Source of the DNA: Nitrospirales bacterium
Lineage (GTDB): Bacteria > Nitrospirota > Nitrospiria > Nitrospirales > UBA8639
DNA length: 64,000 bases
Direction: 5' to 3'
Assembly: GCA_963555755.3 (NCBI GenBank)
Contig: OY820905.2
Span: forward strand, 4,128,001-4,192,000
Shown here: positions 30,164-40,824 of the stretch, piece by piece
How the letters are laid out: the number at the start of each line of letters is the position of its first letter
Position numbering within the stretch: position 1 is the stretch's first letter
The notes under the pieces: model-generated
What the model saw: only the letters and a program-made list of their open reading frames with translations
The model's database searches: none
What the model was told of the DNA's origin: nothing
Made by a program: the position numbers and the translations under genes

Positions 30164-32172
30164 GCACCGCTCCTTTACTTCATGTCGAGCGCCTCACAAC
30201 CGTGTTCGGGTCAGGAGACCAACAGGTTCGGGCAGTCGACAATTCCAATTTCACAATTGGTCGGGGCGAAACCTTCGCGTTGGTTGGTGAATCGGGGTGT
30301 GGAAAGTCCATGACGGCCTTGTCGCTGATGCGATTGGTTCCAGAACCCGCTGGGCGCATAGTCAATGGGCACGTGAGACTCGAGAACCTCGATATTCTCG
30401 CTCTTCCTGAAATGGAAATGCGCTCCATACGAGGTAGACGCATGGCGATGATATTCCAAGAACCCATGACTTCGCTCAATCCAGTCATGACTATCGGTAG
30501 CCAGATCGGTGAATCTCTGAAACTTCATCTCAATATGAAGGGTCACGAACAACAGAAGCGCACGATTGAATTGCTGGACCAGGTGAGAATACCGGATGCC
30601 TCACGCCGATTGCAGGAATATCCACATCAACTGTCCGGCGGGATGAAGCAACGGGTCATGATTGCGATGGCGTTGGCAGCGAAGCCTGAGCTTCTGATCG
30701 CCGATGAGCCTACCACAGCGTTGGATGTGACCATCCAGGCTCAGATTCTGTCTCTGCTCAAGTCGTTGCAACAAGAAACAGGCATGAGCATCTTGCTCAT
30801 CACCCACGATCTTGGTGTCGTAGCCGAAATGGCGGATCGGGTTGCCGTCATGTATGCCGGGCAAATTGTGGAACAGTCCCCGAAACAGGACTTCTTTAAT
30901 CGGCCCAGGCATCCGTATAGTCAAGCGCTCTTTCAGTCCTTACCCACCTATGAAAAACGCGATCAGACTCTCAGTGTTATTCGGGGGTTTGTCCCCAAAC
31001 TTCACCAAAAATTTACTCATTGTCGATTTGCCGATCGCTGTGATCATGTGTTTGATCATTGCCGGGAAGCTGTACCTCAGTGGAAGGAAATGGAACACCA
31101 GAGCGGTGTCCGATGTTTTCTGTATGATGGCCAAGAACAGAATGTCAAAAGTACTGATCCCGGCACTGTCGTCACTCCTTCCTGCGATGTTTACACACCC
31201 ACATCCGATACAATCCTACTCGATGTCCATGATTTGAAAGTTCACTTTCCGATCCAAAAGGGTCTATTCAAGCGGACAGTGGGATATGTGCGAGCCGTAG
31301 ATGGTGTCAGTCTTCAGATACCGGTTGGCCGCACGTTGGCGCTGGTGGGTGAGTCGGGATGCGGCAAGACGACGATGGGGAAGGGGATCCTACAACTGAT
31401 TCGCCCTACATCTGGAAGGGTGAACTTTGAGGAAAGTGAACTGACCTCACTGGATAGCAGGCGCCTACGTGCTCGTCGGAAGGACATGCAAATTATTTTC
31501 CAAGACCCGTTTTCATCAATGAATCCTCGTATGCTGGTAAGCGATATTATTGCCGAAGGACTCGTGACCCAAGGGGTTGGGCGTGAAGAATGCAACAAAA
31601 AAGTGGAAGAGTTGCTACAGCAGGTTGGGCTGCATCCTGAGATGAAGAAGCGATATCCACATGAGTTCTCCGGGGGGCAACGGCAACGGATAGCCATCGC
31701 ACGTGCCCTGGCCGTCAAACCAAAGCTGATTGTCTGCGATGAGCCCACCAGTGCCCTGGATGTGTCGGTTCAGGCTCAGATACTGAACTTGTTGAAAGAT
31801 CTGCAGCGTACACTGGGACTGACCTATCTCTTCATTACGCACAATATTTCAGTGGTTGCGTATCTTGCTGATGAAATCGCGGTCATGTACTTAGGCCGTA
31901 TCGTGGAATATGGTTCCGTGGCTAAGGTACTGAACGAGCCTCAGCATCCCTATACACAGGCCCTCCTTTCAGCTGTTCCCAGAATTGATGCAGATAGCGG
32001 TCGAGCAATTATCCACCTGGAGGGAGATATTCCCTCCCCCAGCAATCCTCCTGCTGGATGCCATTTCCATCCACGTTGTCCCCAGGTTGTCGAGGAATGC
32101 CGACAGGCCTACCCGGAATGGGTGGATATGCATGCCGACCAAAAGGCGCGTTGTATTCGTCTGAAATCTTAA
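30160..32172 (+). CDS. Fused double ABC ATPase (DppD-DppF), system 2
   Basis: Two Walker A motifs ([16 protein letters not shown]) and two signature motifs. Confidence 0.93.
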   Translation: MSTAPLLHVERLTTVFGSGDQQVRAVDNSNFTIGRGETFALVGESGCGKSMTALSLMRLVPEPAGRIVNGHVRLENLDILALPEMEMRSIRGRRMAMIFQEPMTSLNPVMTIGSQIGESLKLHLNMKGHEQQKRTIELLDQVRIPDASRRLQEYPHQLSGGMKQRVMIAMALAAKPELLIADEPTTALDVTIQAQILSLLKSLQQETGMSILLITHDLGVVAEMADRVAVMYAGQIVEQSPKQDFFNRPRHPYSQALFQSLPTYEKRDQTLSVIRGFVPKLHQKFTHCRFADRCDHVFDHCREAVPQWKEMEHQSGVRCFLYDGQEQNVKSTDPGTVVTPSCDVYTPTSDTILLDVHDLKVHFPIQKGLFKRTVGYVRAVDGVSLQIPVGRTLALVGESGCGKTTMGKGILQLIRPTSGRVNFEESELTSLDSRRLRARRKDMQIIFQDPFSSMNPRMLVSDIIAEGLVTQGVGREECNKKVEELLQQVGLHPEMKKRYPHEFSGGQRQRIAIARALAVKPKLIVCDEPTSALDVSVQAQILNLLKDLQRTLGLTYLFITHNISVVAYLADEIAVMYLGRIVEYGSVAKVLNEPQHPYTQALLSAVPRIDADSGRAIIHLEGDIPSPSNPPAGCHFHPRCPQVVEECRQAYPEWVDMHADQKARCIRLKS

Positions 32173-32350
32173 GGACCTGAGCGAAAATACCTTGGACATC
32201 TCGCATCCAATCTTCGGGCCATCTTTGAACGGGCCTCAATCGAAACACCCTCAACATAGCTGTGCTATGCCTCGGGGTTTTCTCAATGGTTCCGTCCAAA
32301 TCCGACCCAAATCTTGGCGCGATATGTCCAAGTTATTTTCGCTCAGGTCC
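32173..32350 (-). mobile_element. MITE family A copy 2 (178 bp), inverted relative to copy 1
   Basis: TIR GGACCTGAGCGAAAATA.CTTGGACAT; interior is the reverse complement of 25377-25556; TAA on both flanks. Confidence 0.9.
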
Positions 32351-32367
32351 TAATCGAATGACATTCA

Positions 32368-33369
32368 ATGATTGAAAAAACACTACCCAAAAATGGAGTC
32401 CCCATTTTGCAGGTGAGAGGACTCAAAAAATACTTTCCCGTGCGGAGCGGGTTGTTCTCCAAGATTTCTGCTTGGGTCAAGGCGGTTGATGATGTCTCGT
32501 TTGACATCAAGCCAGGGGAGACATTTGGGTTGGTAGGGGAATCCGGATGTGGAAAGACGACGGTGGGTCGGACCATTCTTCGCCTGATGGAACCTTCGGG
32601 TGGAGAAGCGATCTTTGAGGGTGACAATATCTTTGACATGAATTCCAAAACGTTGCGCGCGACGCGCCGTCGGATGCAGATCGTGTTTCAAGATCCGTAT
32701 AGCTCGTTGAATCCCCGCATGACCGTCGGGTCCATTGTCGGGGAGCCGCTCCTGGTGCATAAATTAGCAAAGGGGCAAGACCTCACAGACAACGTCTATC
32801 AATTATTAAACAAGGTCGGATTGAGGCCAGAACATTACTCCCGCTATCCGCATGAATTTTCCGGCGGACAACGCCAGCGAATCGGCATTGCACGAGCCTT
32901 GGCACTCAACCCGAAGTTCATCGTGTGTGATGAAGCCGTTTCTGCTTTGGACGTGTCGATTCAAGCGCAGATCATCAATTTGCTGAAAGATCTGCAGGAT
33001 GAATATCATCTGTCGTATTTGTTTATTACGCACGACTTGAATGTGGTGGAGTACATCGCGAATCGTATTGCCGTCATGTACTTAGGCAAGTTAGCGGAAG
33101 TTGCGCCATCCGAGACGCTGTTTTCGAACCCGAAACACCCCTATACCAAAGCGCTGCTTTCCGCGAACCCTCAACCTGACCCCACAGTACATCAAGAACG
33201 TATCTTGCTTTCAGGTGACGTCCCTAGTCCCCTCAACCCTCCCTCCGGCTGCCGATTCCACACCCGCTGCCCGGAAGTCATGGACCACTGTAAAACCGCA
33301 GAACCGCCCCTCATTCAAATTGGCAAATCCGAGGACAACCATCAGGTCTGGTGCCACTTGTATTCGTGA
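32368..33369 (+). CDS. Peptide ABC transporter ATPase (DppF/OppF-like), probably system 1
   Basis: 'LKKYFPV...KAVDDVSF', 'GESGCGKT', 'FSGGQRQR', 'PSPLNPPSGCRFHTRC'. Confidence 0.93.
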   Translation: MIEKTLPKNGVPILQVRGLKKYFPVRSGLFSKISAWVKAVDDVSFDIKPGETFGLVGESGCGKTTVGRTILRLMEPSGGEAIFEGDNIFDMNSKTLRATRRRMQIVFQDPYSSLNPRMTVGSIVGEPLLVHKLAKGQDLTDNVYQLLNKVGLRPEHYSRYPHEFSGGQRQRIGIARALALNPKFIVCDEAVSALDVSIQAQIINLLKDLQDEYHLSYLFITHDLNVVEYIANRIAVMYLGKLAEVAPSETLFSNPKHPYTKALLSANPQPDPTVHQERILLSGDVPSPLNPPSGCRFHTRCPEVMDHCKTAEPPLIQIGKSEDNHQVWCHLYS

Positions 33370-33376
33370 TGCGTGA
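33268..33376 (+). repeat. 109-bp direct repeat (3' end of the dppF-like gene), copy 1
   Basis: Matches 34205-34313 with 3 mismatches. Confidence 0.92.
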
Positions 33377-33549
33377 AGCGTAATGCGTGAGGAATCACAA
33401 GTAAAAATTTCTGGTCCTTCCGGGTTTTCCAATGTTAGTCCCCAGTCTGTTGTTCCTTCCCTGCATCGGGTCCCTCTCCGTTGTAAGGAGAGGTTAGGTG
33501 AGGTAGAGGCTTGGTACCAACGGCAAGCCATGAGGGTAGCAGCCATTGT

Positions 33550-33740
33550 GGGAATGTTGAAAAAAGCCGCCAGCGGCGTTCTCGCCCTTTTGCCGTGCTC
33601 ACGTACTGAGAGTACGCTCCGCGCGTCAAAAGGGCTGCGGCCTTGCTGGACGAACTTTTTTGAACATTCCCCTCCCACTGATGTTGTCCGTCCTATCATG
33701 GGCTTCCATTGGCCTTTGGAGTGAAATATTCAACAGTCCC
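33550..33740. mobile_element. MITE family D (33550-33670) with a possible outer end at 33740
   Basis: GGGAATGTTGAAAAAAG / CTTTTTTGAACATTCCC; second complementary end TTCAACAGTCCC at ~33729-33740. Confidence 0.7.
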
Positions 33741-33978
33741 CATCTTTAAACACCCTGAAATTTCAGGCAGGGATCGTGATGTGTCAGAGACACTCTTAGA
33801 GCCAAATCTGGTCTGTCGAAGTCGTCATGACCCAACGGTATATTTGTTTTATCGTGCTGAAGGGGACTACTATTTATGTGTTGTGGCGAAATGCCTGAAT
33901 GGGGAAGGCTTCATCGTCACTGCCTATGTAACGGATACGATCAAGGAAGGAGAGGAACTATGGCCCACGTCCGCGTGA
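33741..33978 (+). pseudogene. 5'-truncated RelE/BrnT-superfamily toxin-like gene
   Basis: 'KHPE...ETLLEP...SRHDPTVYLFYR...LCVVAK..NGEGFIVTAY'; no natural start, abuts the MITE; overlaps the DUF2283 gene. Confidence 0.6.
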
Positions 33979-34181
33979 TTCATGACCCTGTTGGGGAGAC
34001 GTTGACCGTCTACTTTGCTGAGCCACGACCCGACCAAGTGTGTGAGGAAACCGGTGAAGGGGTGATCCTGATCAAGGATCGTCAGAACGGCGAGGTGATC
34101 GGATTCGAACGCCTCCATTACAAGGCTAACCCCGGTCCAAATACTGTTACGGTGGAAACCTTAGTAGGGGACAATAGTTAG
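33960..34181 (+). CDS. DUF2283-family protein (putative antitoxin)
   Basis: 'VIHDPVGETLTVYF...EETGEGVILIKD..GEVIGFE'; RBS GGAGAGGA. Confidence 0.75.
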   Translation: MAHVRVIHDPVGETLTVYFAEPRPDQVCEETGEGVILIKDRQNGEVIGFERLHYKANPGPNTVTVETLVGDNS

Positions 34182-34204
34182 TTGCCAGGACATTTAGAAT
34201 GCGA

Positions 34205-34313
34205 TGCCCGGAAGTCATGGACCACTGTAAAGCCGCAGAACCGCCCCTCATTCAAATTGGCGAATCCGAGGACAACCATAAGGTCTGGTGCCACTTGTAT
34301 TCGTGATGCGTGA
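34205..34313 (+). repeat. 109-bp direct repeat (orphan dppF 3' end), copy 2
   Basis: Matches 33268-33376. Confidence 0.92.
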
Positions 34314-34529
34314 TCCGTAAAGCGTAATGCGTGCGGAATCAGGAGTAAAACTACATAACTTATAGTTGGGTCCCATTTAATCCTATCTTTGTTTTTACCC
34401 ATTACGCATCACGCCTTACGTCTTCCCACCCCTTCCTTGCGGCCCTGAACAGGCGATTCGTATAATCAAAAACTTGATGCCCGAGCCCTTAGCCTCGACA
34501 TATACGATTCAGCCAATTCAGGAGTTCCC

Positions 34530-35780
34530 ATGACCGAGCAAGTCAAAGACCCTAAAACGCATCCCGCGCTTCGCAATATTCAATACTCGCCCCTGAAAGA
34601 GGGAGAAGAACAATACATCGTCTTGTGGGACCCCACAGGGCTGAGTGCGGAAAAACTCATCATTCCACTCAACTTTTTTTACCTGTTTCAATTTTTGGAT
34701 GGCGAGCACTCCTTAGAACAGGTGGGTGTTGAATACTTGAAAAAATACGGCGAGTTCCTGATGCCGGACAAGTTGGATAAGCTCATTACCGACCTTGACC
34801 AAAAACTCTTCCTCGAAGGTGACCGATACGAAGCGGCTAAAATCGTCGCGATCAACGCCTATCGTGACGCGCCAACCCGTAAGCCTCAGTTTGCTGGCAA
34901 AAGCTACGAAGAAGATCCTGAAAAATTGCGCGAACAGATTGCCGGGTTCTTTACGTCCAAAGAAGGGCCCAGCGCCACTCCCTCCGGCAATAAGGGGAAA
35001 CTGATCAAAGGGTTAGTCGCGCCCAATTACGAAGTCAAAGATTCTGGGCCGATCTATGCCTGGGCCTATAAAGAACTGCGGGAAGCCGAGTCTCCGGATG
35101 TCTATATTGTCATTGGGATTGGCCATGCCGGGTTAGACGAACCCGTGGCGGTCACGGATAAAGATTTTGAAACACCGTTAGGTGTGGTCCCAGTCAATCG
35201 GCCAATCATGGATTATCTCAAGGCCAAAGGCGGCGATGAGTTGTTTTCGGAAGAGATTCGCCATCAAAAAGAACACAGTATTGAATTTCAATTGCCTTTT
35301 CTCCAGGAAACCGTTGGGAAGGAAAAGGCGATTTCAATCGTGCCGGTCCTGTGTTCCTTTCCCCCAATCAGTTTCATTGATCCCGAGCTCAAAGACTTCG
35401 CCAATCAAATTGAACAGTTTGTAACTTTGTTGAAAGAAGCCATCACCGCTTCCGGCCAAAACGTCTGTATCATTGCCAGCGCCAACCTTGCGCATATTGG
35501 CTTGCGTTACGGCGATAACACGGCCCCCACGGATTTCTCCTTCCACCGCTGCATGCAAACCGACCTCGAAATGCTCAAACACGTCGAAAATGTGGATGCC
35601 CAAAACTTTGCCCAATTTATCATCACCGAAAAAGACAAGCGCCACGTCCTAGGCTTCTCAGCCATTTATCTGCTGCTGAAACTCATTGAAGCCGAAAAAG
35701 GCGAAGTCCTCCGCTACGACCGAGAAATCGTCGATCAATTCAACTCGACGGTTACCTACGCCAGCGCCGCCTTCTTTTGA
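34530..35780 (+). CDS. amrB: AmmeMemoRadiSam system protein B (MEMO1 family)
   Basis: 'FAGKSY', 'GLVAP', 'DFETPLG', 'HQKEHSIEFQLPFLQ', 'SANLAHIG..YGD', 'VTYAS'. Confidence 0.85.
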   Translation: MTEQVKDPKTHPALRNIQYSPLKEGEEQYIVLWDPTGLSAEKLIIPLNFFYLFQFLDGEHSLEQVGVEYLKKYGEFLMPDKLDKLITDLDQKLFLEGDRYEAAKIVAINAYRDAPTRKPQFAGKSYEEDPEKLREQIAGFFTSKEGPSATPSGNKGKLIKGLVAPNYEVKDSGPIYAWAYKELREAESPDVYIVIGIGHAGLDEPVAVTDKDFETPLGVVPVNRPIMDYLKAKGGDELFSEEIRHQKEHSIEFQLPFLQETVGKEKAISIVPVLCSFPPISFIDPELKDFANQIEQFVTLLKEAITASGQNVCIIASANLAHIGLRYGDNTAPTDFSFHRCMQTDLEMLKHVENVDAQNFAQFIITEKDKRHVLGFSAIYLLLKLIEAEKGEVLRYDREIVDQFNSTVTYASAAFF

Positions 35781-35782
35781 AG

Positions 35783-37617
35783 CAGGGCTATTTCATATTA
35801 AAGTGTAACTTTATAGATAATAAGGAATAATCGATTTAGGCTGGCTTTTTCTTTTCGTTTACGGCATACTCTTTTGCATGCCAGACGAATCGCCAAGCGG
35901 ACAGCCGGACATTGATCTGAGGCAAGTCGTGGTTCGCCCAATTGTCCGAGACGAAAAGGACGCCTTCAAGACCCTTCTCGACAGACACCACTACCTCGGT
36001 CATGCCCCGCTGATTGGCCAATCGATACAATATCTCGCCTGTGTGCAGGATCGCTGGCTGGCCTTGCTGGTGTTTGCGGCGGCGGCCCTCAAATCGAGAC
36101 CGCGAGACCACTGGATCGGCTGGCCCCCCTGTTTTCAATGGCAACGACTCCATTTACTGGCCAACAACACCCGGTTTCTCATGCTGCCGGGCTGTTCGCA
36201 AAAGAACCTCGCCTCGAAAGTCCTGTCGCTCTGCGCGAAACGGATCTCGTCCGATTGGCAACTGTACCACGGCTACCCCTTGCTCCTCTTAGAGACCTTC
36301 GTCGATCCTGCCCGCTTCACCGGGACCTGCTATCGGGCCGCCGGGTGGCACGAGCTCGGTCTGACACGAGGGTTTCGCAAGTCGAACACGTGTTATGTTC
36401 AGCATGAGAGACCGAAGCGCATCCTAGTCGTGCGGCTGCATCCCCAAGCCCGAGAGATCCTTGCACGCCCGATGCTTGATCAGCCCTATCAGAAAGGAGA
36501 AGCGCCTCAGATGAGATTGAATACAAAACAGACGGACTCCCTCTTTACGTATGTGGTGCAGCTGACCGATCCCCGCCATTTGCAAGGGCAACGGCACACC
36601 CGACGCGCCCTCACGGCGATCATGTTCTGTGCCACCTTGTGCGGCGCGCGCGGCTATGAAGCGATCTCGGACTGGGCCCAGCAGTTATCGCAGCCGATGC
36701 GCAAGCGGCTAGGCTGTACTCAGCGAGGGGGGCGCTACCTCGTCCCGAGCCGCAGCACTCTTTACCGCTTTATCACGGCCGTCGACCCCTGTGAAGTCGA
36801 TACCCTGCTCGGCCGGTGGCTGGACACCTTCGGCGGGGAGGATCAGGGCATTGCCATTGATGGGAAGACCATGCGGGGGACGTCGAAGGTCCCAAGCGAA
36901 CAGCCCCACGTCCTCAGCGCCGTCACCCATCAAGCCGGGCGCCACCTCACCCAAAAAAAGTTCACTCCAAGACCAATGAGATCCCCTGCGTGCGGCCCCT
37001 GTTAGATGCGCTCGAGATCGCAGGGAAGGTGATCACGGCGGATGCGCTCCTCACCCAGAAAGAGATTGCCGAGTACCTGGTGCACGAACGCGGCGCCGAC
37101 TTCGTCTTCACCGTCAAGGGAAACCAGCCCACCTTGAAGCACGACATTGAGGCCTTAGCGTTGCGAGCACGCCGGTGCGATTATGCCACCACCGAGAAAG
37201 GCCATGGGCAGATCACGACCCGCAGGATCTGGTGCGATGACTCCCTGAATGCCTATGTCAACTTTCCTCATGTCCAGCAAGTCTTCTGCATTGAGAGGGA
37301 AGTGACGCATCTCAAGCAGGGCCTCACGACCGTCGAAGCGGTCTGCGGTGTCACGAGTCAGTCCAAAGACAAGGCGGGGCCGAAGACCATCCTCTCGCAA
37401 AACCGAAAGCATTGGAGTGTGGAGAATAAGCAGCATTATGTGTTGGACGTCACCTTTGATGAAGACAGGAGTCAGATACGAAGTCTCAATGGCCCGCAGG
37501 CGTGTAGACTGCTCTGGGGCAAGCCCCATTTAGCCATCCGCATGGCCCTGCCCTGAAAAAGAGGGCACAAAAAACCTCATGGAATCCCTTGCTTATAAAA
37601 AGAATGAAATGGCCCTG
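35783..37617 (+). mobile_element. ISAs1-family element, tandem copy 1 (1835 bp; 69-bp in-frame deletion near the transposase 3' end)
   Basis: TIR CAGGGCTATTTCAT / ATGAAATGGCCCTG; 9-bp direct repeat CTTTTGAAG at 35774-35782 and 37618-37626. Confidence 0.92.
35878..37556 (+). pseudogene. DUF4338-ISAs1 transposase (needs a -1 frameshift at 36954-36960; lacks 23 aa relative to copy 2)
   Basis: 'HHYLG..RDHWIGW..LETFVDP..GTCYRAAGW'; 'AIDGKT', 'KTNEI' (after the shift), 'ITADAL', 'VKGNQ', 'HWSVEN'. Confidence 0.8.
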
Positions 37618-37626
37618 CTTTTGAAG

Positions 37627-39523
37627 CAGGGCTATTTCATATTAAAGTGTAACTTTATAGTGAATAATCGATTTAGGCTGGCTTTTTCTTTTCGTTTACG
37701 GCATACTCTTTTGCATGCCAGACGAATCGCCAAGCGGACAGCCGGACATTGATCTGAGGCAAGTCGTGGTTCGCCCAATTGTCCGAGACGAAAAGGACGC
37801 CTTCAAGACCCTTCTCGACAGACACCACTACCTCGGTCATGCCCCGCTGATTGGCCAATCGATACAATATCTCGCCTGTGTGCAGGATCGCTGGCTGGCC
37901 TTGCTGGTGTTTGCGGCGGCGGCCCTCAAATCGAGACCGCGAGACCACTGGATCGGCTGGCCCCCCTGTTTTCAATGGCAACGACTCCATTTACTGGCCA
38001 ACAACACCCGGTTTCTCATGCTGCCGGGCTGTTCGCAAAAGAACCTCGCCTCGAAAGTCCTGTCGCTCTGCGCGAAACGGATCTCGTCCGATTGGCAACT
38101 GTACCACGGCTACCCCTTGCTCCTCTTAGAGACCTTCGTCGATCCTGCCCGCTTCACCGGGACCTGCTATCGGGCCGCCGGGTGGCACGAGCTCGGTCTG
38201 ACACGAGGGTTTCGCAAGTCGAACACGTGTTATGTTCAGCATGAGAGACCGAAGCGCATCCTAGTCGTGCGGCTGCATCCCCAAGCCCGAGAGATCCTTG
38301 CACGCCCGATGCTTGATCAGCCCTATCAGAAAGGAGAAGCGCCTCAGATGAGATTGAATACAAAACAGACGGACTCCCTCTTTACGTATGTGGTGCAGCT
38401 GACCGATCCCCGCCATTTGCAAGGGCAACGGCACACCCGACGCGCCCTCACGGCGATCATGTTCTGTGCCACCTTGTGCGGCGCGCGCGGCTATGAAGCG
38501 ATCTCGGACTGGGCCCAGCAGTTATCGCAGCCGATGCGCAAGCGGCTAGGCTGTACTCAGCGAGGGGGGCGCTACCTCGTCCCGAGCCGCAGCACTCTTT
38601 ACCGCTTTATCACGGCCGTCGACCCCTGTGAAGTCGATACCCTGCTCGGCCGGTGGCTGGACACCTTCGGCGGGGAGGATCAGGGCATTGCCATTGATGG
38701 GAAGACCATGCGGGGGACGTCGAAGGTCCCAAGCGAACAGACCCACGTCCTCAGCGCCGTCACCCATCAAGCCGGGCGCCACCTCACCCAAAAAAAGTTC
38801 ACTCCAAGACCAATGAGATCCCCTGCGTGCGGCCCCTGTTAGATGCGCTCGAGATCGCAGGGAAGGTGATCACGGCGGATGCGCTCCTCACCCAGAAAGA
38901 GATTGCCGAGTACCTGGTGCACGAACGCGGCGCCGACTTCGTCTTCACCGTCAAGGGAAACCAGCCCACCTTGAAGCACGACATTGAGGCCTTAGCGTTG
39001 CGAGCACGCCGGTGCGATTATGCCACCACCGAGAAAGGCCATGGGCAGATCACGACCCGCAGGATCTGGTGCGATGACTCCCTGAATGCCTATGTCAACT
39101 TTCCTCATGTCCAGCAAGTCTTCTGCATTGAGAGGGAAGTGACGCATCTCAAGCAGGGCCTCACGACCGTCGAAGCGGTCTGCGGTGTCACGAGTCAGTC
39201 CAAAGACAAGGCGGGGCCGAAGACCATCCTCTCGCAAAACCGAAAGCATTGGAGTGTGGAGAATAAGCAGCATTATGTGTTGGACGTCACCTTTGATGAA
39301 GACAGGAGTCAGATACGAAGTCTCAATGGCCCAATGGTCATGACCTGTCTGAGACGCTATGCCATCAGTCTCTTACGCCTGAAAGGCTACACCAATATCG
39401 CGCAGGCGTGTAGACTGCTCTGGGGCAAGCCCCATTTAGCCATCCGCATGGCCCTGCCCTGAAAAAGAGGGCACAAAAAACCTCATGGAATCCCTTGCTT
39501 ATAAAAAGAATGAAATGGCCCTG
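37627..39523 (+). mobile_element. ISAs1-family element, tandem copy 2 (1897 bp)
   Basis: Same TIRs; third CTTTTGAAG at 39524-39532. Confidence 0.92.
37715..39462 (+). CDS. DUF4338-ISAs1 transposase, two frames joined by a -1 frameshift at A_AAA_AAG (38791-38797)
   Basis: ORFs 37715-38842 and 38827-39462 carry the halves of the ISAs1 DDE domain; the -1 shift yields 'QKKVHSKTNEIP'. Confidence 0.85.
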
Positions 39524-39599
39524 CTTTTGAAGTGCCAGGTGGGAAAAAACTGAACGGTTTGTGCTAACATCAGGATCGATTTTTCTAGATGGATGAAAT

Positions 39600-39785
39600 A
39601 TGACAGTCTCTCGATCAGAAATACTCAACCTAGTCAATGAGCTTCCAGAGGAAATAGATATTGAGGAATTGATCTACCGTTTATACCTTCGTGAGAAACT
39701 CGCTGCAGCAGAAGACGATATCGCCGCCGGACGAACCATTTCCGCAGAAGAACTCAAGGCCCAAGCTAGATCGTGGCAACGATAA
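39600..39785 (+). CDS. Putative antitoxin
   Basis: 61 aa acidic, 'EDDIAAGRTISAEEL'; overlaps the RelE/ParE gene. Confidence 0.75.
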   Translation: MTVSRSEILNLVNELPEEIDIEELIYRLYLREKLAAAEDDIAAGRTISAEELKAQARSWQR

Positions 39786-40066
39786 GGTGGACACAGCGAG
39801 CTCGAGATGACCTCCAAGAAGTTTATGATTTTATATCTCGCGATTCTCCCCGTTCTGCTGAAATTTTTATAGATCGAATCATTTCATCCACTGAGCGCCT
39901 TTCTGCCTTTCCTAAAAGTGGAAGGGTGTTGCCAGAGTTTCCTGACCTCCCGTATAGAGAAATAATCGTCTCTAGTTATCGCGTCATTTACCGGCAAGAT
40001 GACGAACGCAATAATATCTGGATTACTTCCGTGATTCATGGGCGAAGAAACCTTCAAAATCCATGA
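39773..40066 (+). CDS. RelE/ParE-family toxin
   Basis: 'IRWTQRARDDL..VYDFI..DSP...FPKSGRV..YRVIYR...VIHGRR'. Confidence 0.9.
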   Translation: MATIRWTQRARDDLQEVYDFISRDSPRSAEIFIDRIISSTERLSAFPKSGRVLPEFPDLPYREIIVSSYRVIYRQDDERNNIWITSVIHGRRNLQNP

Positions 40067-40159
40067 ACGATGAATCCCCACACCCGTGACCCCATTTTGT
40101 CGCGATACCCCAGGACTCCAGCCATCGCAGTTTCGGTTTAACGTATACGCCCAGCTGTT

Positions 40160-40180
40160 GTAGGGTGGGCATTGCCCACC
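40160..40180 (+). repeat. GTAG-type REP palindrome
   Basis: GTAG-GGTGGGCATTGCCCACC; inverted copy at 42932-42952. Confidence 0.7.
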
Positions 40181-40824
40181 TTTTTACTCAGCCCCCAAGC
40201 TGGATGGTGGCAATTGTAAAATAAGACTATCTCCCTCAAGCGTCTTTCCCAAAACCAGAATTTCACACGCACACCCTCACCCTTTAATTTCGAACCCTCT
40301 ATCTTTACAATGATCTCTACTCTTAGGGGTATTATTCCTTAACCGTACTGGCGGTGAATGGAAACCAAAGCCATGTTTTCTTGCAGGGTGATCATGTTCA
40401 TCAACCTCACGATGGTGTAGCGCAAATGGAAGTCAAACCAGCCCGGATGATCAGCGACGATCCCGAAAGGGGGACCGCACAATTTGGATTTGAGGGGTAT
40501 GCCAAGACCCTCGCTGATCTCATTTCGTATAAAGAAAATCCCACACCGTTTGTCCTTGGCATTTACGGCCCTTGGGGATCAGGAAAAACTACGCTCATGG
40601 AAGCGGTGAGAACTCGCCTGTCCAAGGCATCGGCATCGCCGACGCAACGTATCTGTAAATCAGTGTGGTTTCAAGCGTGGAAGTATGCCGCGGAAGACGC
40701 CATGCTTGCCGCGTTGCTGGAAGAAATTTTGCAATCCATGGGCAGAGAACAGGGCGTATTGCAACGGGCTGTGTCTGAAGCCAAAACCCTTCCCCAACGT
40801 TCCGATAAAAAAAAGATCATTCAA

